6,925 nt of DNA from assembly GCA_051294375.1 (NCBI GenBank), contig JBJCIZ010000078.1, forward strand, positions 1 through 6,925. The letters are read 5' to 3'. Position numbers and translations under genes: made by a program. The first letter of the stretch is position 1, and each line of letters opens with the position of its first letter. The stretch is from Paraspadella gotoi. Lineage: Eukaryota > Animalia > Chaetognatha. Positions 1 through 5,179 of the stretch are shown here, piece after piece. The notes beneath the pieces are model-generated. The model was not told the DNA's origin, made no database searches, and worked only from the letters and a program-made list of their open reading frames with translations.

Positions 1-41
1 AGCATTGAGACAAAATTTTACGAATTATTTTTCAAATTGAA

Positions 42-58
42 AGAGAGAGAGAGAGAGA
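42..58 (+). repeat. (GA)n microsatellite
   Basis: agagagagagagagaga. Confidence 0.9.
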
Positions 59-1028
59 TAGTCAGTGAGTAATTTATATTAGGTCATAATGCCATACAAA
101 TCGAAATATTATATTCCCAAAACTTAATAAGCGGTGCACCCGATGACATTATTGTACAACAAACAAAAAATTCAATTTAAATTAAATTGAATAGAAATTC
201 AAAAAAATATTTATACCATTATATAGTAGGGTAGTCTGGTGATTTTTTATTTTTATTAAGAAAAATTTTTTTCACGTGCTGTCATGTAGCAGACATCGTT
301 AGCTTTCATATGATACCTCACATGATGCATTAAAATTATTTTATGATAGCATTATGACATAAAAAAAATTGTGATAATTTTTTTTCTGCCAAGCCTCGTA
401 GACACAGCTAAATCTTAAAATTTAAAAATCTGAAAATACAGTCTTTTAGCCCTATGTCAGTAGTTTTTAAATCAGGGGGAACAAAGTTTGAACTCCTACA
501 TTATCATATTTAAATCATATGTTTTTTAAGGTTTCTACATAAATTTTTTAATTTTTTTTGTTTTCAACAAAATGATAATCATTATCCTTAGTAATTATAT
601 AAACATTTGAGGTATAGAAAATTTTGTTTATATCAGAAACATAATTCAATCTTTTCTCTTTCAGAATCTATATTTATTTATTTTTTTAAATGTGGCCAAG
701 TGTGTTTAATTTAATTTCAAAAGTTGTTATAGTTTTGACTAAGATTCCGATCAAGATTTAAAAAAAAATCCTTTGAAACATTTAAAAAAAATTATTTGGA
801 AAAGATGCCCCATAATTATGGATTTAATATGATACCAGTCTCATCGTTCTATCATTTTTGGTTCAAAAGATATCAAAGTAAATCAATTTTTAGTTGGATC
901 TGCTTATCAGCAGATCCCGACTTTATAATTCACTTTGTCGGTCCGTCGGTCCGCCCCCTCAATATTGTCGGGCATACACTTATATCATGTCAGAACATCG
1001 AATTATGATAAATTATGCAAAAAAAAGA

Positions 1029-1065
1029 TGTCTGTCCGTCTGTCTGTCTGTCTGTCCATCCATCC
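1029..1065 (+). repeat. GTCY/ATCC tetranucleotide microsatellite
   Basis: tgtctgtccgtctgtctgtctgtctgtccatccatcc. GTCY tracts are a known hallmark of DINE-1/HINE elements. Confidence 0.9.
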
Positions 1066-1115
1066 CACCTTAGCAAAAAACTCTAATACTTTGTGATTGA
1101 TGCGATGGATTGGTA

Positions 1116-1575
1116 TGAAATTTTGTGTGTGGGTAGAAACGTGTGTGATTGAGATGGATAATGAAGTTTCGAGGGAATTGCATGTTTGCGAGGGAAATTT
1201 GGTTTAAATGGAAAAAACAAAAAATTATATTTCACTATTTGAACCCAATTGCTCATGAGGGATAGGTCAATGACTTGAAATTTTGTATTGATGGTACGGA
1301 AGTGTGTGATTGAGCTGGATATAAAGTTTCGATGGGAATCGTGCAGAGTGATAATGAGTTTAAAATGGAAAAGACAAAATTCATATTTACTGAAGTATTT
1401 TTACTTAAAATTTACTCTAATATATTATGTTTAATAAAAATTTGGATAGATAAATCAAATTAATTATGTTTGTGTGGGGGTAGGAAAGTATTTGATAAAA
1501 GCTGGTATATAAATTTTTTGATGGAATCGTAGGAGTGGCAAAGAGCTCAATAGAAAACCAAAAAGACACATTTAT
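1116..1575 (+). repeat. Degenerate tandem repeat of ~160-190 bp, 2 clear copies plus a diverged third
   Basis: TGAAATTTTGT...GTGTGTGATTGAG(A/C)TGGATA...AAGTTTCGA(T)GGGAAT...AAATGGAAAA starts at 1116 and 1276 (period 160). A weaker copy starts near 1463. Confidence 0.8.
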
Positions 1576-1640
1576 TTTTGAATTTTTTAAAAGTTTCTTT
1601 CTCTCTATCTCTCTCATGATTGATTGATTGATTATTGATA

Positions 1641-1971
1641 TGACCAAATTATGCCAATTGACAAAATATGCCAGTTGACCCAAATTCTTAAAGTTGACAC
1701 AAATTATGCCAGTTGACCAAATTCTGCAAGTTGATCAAGTTCTGGCAAGTTGACCAAATATGCCTGTTGACCAAATTATGCCATGTTTGACCAAATTATG
1801 CCAGTTGACCAAATATAGCAGTTTTGAGTAAAAATTATTGCCAGTTGATCAAATTATATGTCCGCAGTTGACCAAATTATGTCAGTAGACCAAATTATGT
1901 CATTAACCAAATTATGTCAGTTGACAAAATTTATGTCATTGTACCAAATTATGGCAAGTTGACCAAGTTAG
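1641..1971 (+). repeat. 18-bp minisatellite, about 18 degenerate copies, consensus TGACCAAATTATGCCAGT
   Basis: Head-to-tail copies are directly readable (e.g. tgaccaaattatgccagt, tgaccaaattatgtcagt) with substitutions and small indels and no spacers. Confidence 0.95.
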
Positions 1972-2252
1972 CTTATTACCACTTAATTATCGTAGGCAGA
2001 TCCGACATTGTTTTGCTCAAACTTGTCTATCGCAGCCATGACGGCAGCCGGCTTCAGGCTCTATATGTTTTAGGTTTGCCTTCTTTCGTGACGTCAGTCG
2101 TCGTTCTCGTCCGTCACGCTGTTATTTATATAAAAACTACTACGCTTTTATAGGTTGCCTGTGACTTACCGGTGTTTTTTTTTAAATAAAAAATTATTAT
2201 GAATCTCATGATAAAGTTTTTACAAAATTCGTGTTTGCGATTCATTAAGTAA

Positions 2253-2570
2253 GTAAAAATTTAGCATATGGCTTCTCAACTTGGAAATAGCTTTTGATAT
2301 TTTCTCATTACATTTTGGATTTAAGTATTTTTTGTTTGAATTTGCCACTTCATTATGATGTACTGCAATACGCAAATGAGATTATAAGTAGTCATTATTT
2401 ATAACCAAATTTAGTATATTAGAAATGCTTTTAATCTAATTTACATATTGCAGTATTATAATATTGAAGTGATGAAATTCAAAAAAAAAAAAATTTTTTT
2501 TTTAAATTCTATATAAAAATGGGAACTCAAAATAACTTTTTAATGAGAAAGCTATATCTAATTTTAATAC
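2253..2570. repeat. Long imperfect inverted repeat (foldback, MITE-like)
   Basis: Left arm TTTGAATTTGCCACTTCATTATGATGTACTGCAATA (2335-2370) aligns with the reverse complement of 2446-2483, TTTGAATTTCATCACTTCAATATTATAATACTGCAATA. Similarity extends inward to ~2390/2426 and outward to ~2253/2570. Confidence 0.8.
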
Positions 2571-2700
2571 AATAAAAATAAAATCCTTTACAATCTGCTT
2601 ATTGCGAAAAAATTGGAAAAAATTCCAATTGTAAACCATGTAACATTTTTTGCCTTTCTTTTAAATTTATATTTTATAAATTATGAGTATTATTTCTTTT

Positions 2701-3045
2701 CAGGGCTGCCTATTTTACTGAATTCGCCTTAAAAACGAGTTCAGTCTCTCTCTGTCTCTCTTTGTGTTCGTCTGTCCTCTCTGGTACGATCTCTTTCGTG
2801 ATCGTTCAATTGAAAAATTCTGATTATTTATTTTTTTCTTTTTTAAAAAACATATATATTTGATCAGGCGCTGTTCTTTTCTGAATCGTTTAAAAAAAAA
2901 CGAGTTCAATCTCTCTCTCCTCTCTCCCTCCGTTTCCCCTCCCTCTCTTCTCTCTCTCTCTCTCTTTTTTTTACAAAAAAAAAAATTATTCACTTTTTTT
3001 ATTTTTACCACCGTTTGTTTTGAAAAAATTCTTATGTATTTCTTT
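2701..3045 (+). repeat. Degenerate direct duplication containing (CT)n tracts
   Basis: CAGG(C)GCTG..TTTT(A)CTGAAT(T)CG..TTAAAAA..CGAGTTCA.TCTCTCTCT at 2701 and 2865. Each copy is later followed by TGAAAAA(A)TTCT. Confidence 0.75.
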
Positions 3046-3789
3046 CCTTCTTAAAAACTTTTATTATCGCCATTTATTTTTTTCTCAAAAAACAAAACCC
3101 AAATTTACATCGAGATTTTCGTTGGATTCATTTTAGAAAAAAGGAAGAACAACTTTATAGAGTCAGGCTCAATGCCACATGTACATCCATACTTGTGTGA
3201 CGGCGGTATATGCGATTACCTGCTTATATATCCCTGGCAATGCTGTGGATTAATATAAATATAAACAATCTAAAAATTCATTCAAGATTAAAACTTTTTA
3301 AGATGAGGAAATAAATTTATTGATAAGTAAAAAAATAGTTTGGAAGTCAAAAAATATTCATAGTCGTTAACGATTATTGTCAACTATATTATTTTGATCT
3401 AATATAGATATATTTTCTTGACTGTTATTAATTTGAATAATGTTTCTACTTGCATCTGGTTCCTACTATTAGCCGACGCAGTTTTCATTTCACTACAATC
3501 ACATTTCAATCTATTATTTTACAATAATATGCAAATAAACAATTAAGGTCTTTGCAAATCTCATTTTCTGAACTAGTTGATGAACAAAAGACTTCTAGTC
3601 TTATTTCTAATTGAAAAAATAATAGAAACTTTAAATTGATGTCTTCATTCACACTCTAATAAAAACAATTTTATTTTTTATCGATGCCACTTTATTTGCT
3701 TAATACAAAAATTCCCAAATTTATTTCCGATATTTCGTCCAGTGATTTTTATTTTTTTCACTTCTAAAAATCTTTTATTATTATTTTAT

Positions 3790-3859
3790 TTTCTCTCTTA
3801 TATTTCTCTCCTCAATTCAACTCTCTGTCGCTCTCTCTTCTCTCTTTCTCTCTCTCTCT
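3790..3859 (+). repeat. Interrupted (CT)n tract directly upstream of the 22-bp minisatellite
   Basis: ttctctctta...ctctctgtcgctctctcttctctctttctctctctctct. Confidence 0.85.
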
Positions 3860-3866
3860 AATTAAC

Positions 3867-4130
3867 TCATCACGTATCAATGAATGACTAGCATCGCATC
3901 AAGGAATGACTATCATCGCATCAATGAATGACTACATCGCATCATATGAATGATTATTCATCGATCAATGATAGTGACTATCATCGCATCATATGAAATG
4001 GATTATCATTACGCATCAATGAATGACTATCCATCGCATCCATCATTTGGTTATATCGCATCTAAATACTTCGTTAATCGATCGCCTATCAATTATTGCG
4101 TTATCATCGCATCAATATTGGCTTATCATC
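3867..4130 (+). repeat. 22-bp minisatellite, about 11-12 degenerate copies, consensus TCATCGCATCAATGAATGACTA
   Basis: Head-to-tail CATCGCATC-core units. The first ~7 end in ..AATGAATGACTA and the last ~4 in ..AATATTGG(C)TTA-like tails. Confidence 0.92.
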
Positions 4131-4214
4131 AAAAAGTAGGCTCGATCGCGCTATTGCTTTTAAGATTTTTTTATTTACCAATTGACACGGCCGAACGCTA
4201 AAAATTTAAGTGGA

Positions 4215-4265
4215 ACCAAACCAAACAACCAAACCAAACAACGCGCATATCACGTCTATGCGCGT
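4215..4265. repeat. (ACCAA/ACA)n simple repeat followed by a perfect 9-bp GC-rich hairpin
   Basis: aaccaaaccaaacaaccaaaccaaaca, then ACGCGCATA-tcacgtc-TATGCGCGT (4241-4265). Confidence 0.75.
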
Positions 4266-4681
4266 CTACGTAGGTCAATTTTAAAAACAGATTTGGAATC
4301 CTCAAACTCATATTTACTAGTAACCTGACGATATCAAGTGACGGAAGTTCGGTTCTCTTATTATATCAAAAAGAAAAAAGAATTCTAATAATATTTTTAG
4401 TTAATATCTATCAATTTCAATGAAAAAAGAGACTCTAGATATATTGCATATGATTGAACAATGTTTTTGCAACAATAATTTTATCAATTTTATGTATTTT
4501 GTAAGTATTTTAAGTATTTTTATTCAGTGAGTAAAATAACAACTTTTTCATTCGCTAATTTTTAACTCGGACGCCAGACTTCCCTATATATAGGACAAAA
4601 GCTTGCTGGAATAAAATAAGATTAAATCATGAAAAAAGAAAAGGTGATTATAAACCAAAAAATGGTGACTCAATATTTTTT

Positions 4682-5179
4682 TTAATTTCTCTTTTCATCT
4701 GGTGAATGAGCAAAAGGGCACTCGTTTCCTCGCGAGCAGTTGTTCGAATAATGACATAATTTTCTCTTAAAATTTGAGGATTGTAGATTTTTTTCTGGGA
4801 CATTGTTTTCAATACTGTTTACAACTGACGTTCCCAGAAGCGAATCCATTTGCGACTTAAATCTGTGTTCCGTCAATAACCCGGTATTTTTCGCAATATG
4901 AAAACATCTGATCCCGTTTTGTATATATAATTCATAGAAAAAGTTGGCTCTTGATAAGTAATTCTTATATAAGTATTTATTGTTTTCAGAAAAATAATGC
5001 TTATTCAAAATGCTTTGTGCTTCATCAAATAGTGTCAAACCTTTTTGGATGTCACCGGTGTATCTCAATAAAGAAGCCCAGTTTGCGCAACAGCATTGCT
5101 CTTTCCAAATCTCACAATCTTTAGTGTAAATTTCGTTAGCTTTTTCGTACATCATACAGGCTTCGCTATGGCACTCATA
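4682..5179 (-). CDS. C-terminal part of the same protein: TPR-like helices + CCCH zinc finger
   Basis: Same frame as the upstream ORF: TAG(5182-5180), then YECHSEAC, then MMYEKANEIY... TPR-like segments HSEACMMYEKANEIY and ANWASLLRYTGDIQKGLTLFDEAQSIL. Ends FKRKLCHYSNNCSRGNECPFAHSPDEKRN, stop TAA at 4684-4682. Confidence 0.8.
   Translation of the reverse strand, partial: YECHSEACMMYEKANEIYTKDCEIWKEQCCCANWASLLRYTGDIQKGLTLFDEAQSILNKHYFSENNKYLYKNYLSRANFFYELYIQNGIRCFHIAKNTGLLTEHRFKSQMDSLLGTSVVNSIENNVPEKNLQSSNFKRKLCHYSNNCSRGNECPFAHSPDEKRN
4706..4771 (-). other. CCCH-type zinc finger (C-x5-C-x5-C-x3-H)
   Basis: FKRKL-C-HYSNN-C-SRGNE-C-PFA-H. The lead-in resembles (R/K)YKTEL-C and the core C.RG..C.FAH is typical of TTP/Roquin/Unkempt-like fingers. 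Confidence 0.85.

Larger units (their letters stand above)
887..2026 (+). mobile_element. Putative non-autonomous Helentron/DINE-1 (HINE)-like element 1
   Basis: T-run, then perfect 9-bp hairpin GGATCTGCT-tatc-AGCAGATCC (896-917), then GTCGGTCCGTCGGTCCG. A distal subterminal inverted repeat GCAGATCCGAC (1996-2006) matches the reverse complement of 893-903 at 10/11. Ends in ACTTGT, carries internal tandem repeats and encodes no transposase. Confidence 0.55.
2027..3196 (+). mobile_element. Putative HINE-like element 2 abutting element 1
   Basis: Imperfect 5' hairpin GCAGCCATGACGGC...GGCTTCAGGCTC followed by TATA and a GTCGTC..CGTCCGTC tract. TCAGGCTC (2054-2061) recurs at 3163-3170, followed ~20 nt later by ACTTGT (3191-3196), the same layout as element 1. 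Confidence 0.4.

Noticed and set aside
270-875. ATATGATACC motif repeated at ~308 and ~827, possibly a MITE remnant
   Set aside because: No termini or target-site duplication could be defined, so the evidence is too weak.
1641-1971. Possible CRISPR array (18-bp repeat)
   Set aside because: Units are head-to-tail with no unique spacers, too short and degenerate. No cas genes, and the context is eukaryotic.
796-2153. ORFs 796-1008, 1417-1683 and 1914-2153
   Set aside because: Short, span repeat or element boundaries, and contain no recognisable motifs.
2715-3054. ORFs 2715-3011 (-) and 2860-3054 (+)
   Set aside because: RERE, SLSL and poly-K/F runs come from (CT)n and homopolymer tracts, with no protein-like features.
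3867-4130. Possible CRISPR array, and the 83-aa ORF 3950-4201
   Set aside because: It is a tandem minisatellite without spacers. The ORF is a translation of the repeat (recurring IIAS).
4519-4524. AATAAA polyadenylation signal on the minus strand
   Set aside because: The position is plausible, but the hexamer is expected by chance in DNA this AT-rich.
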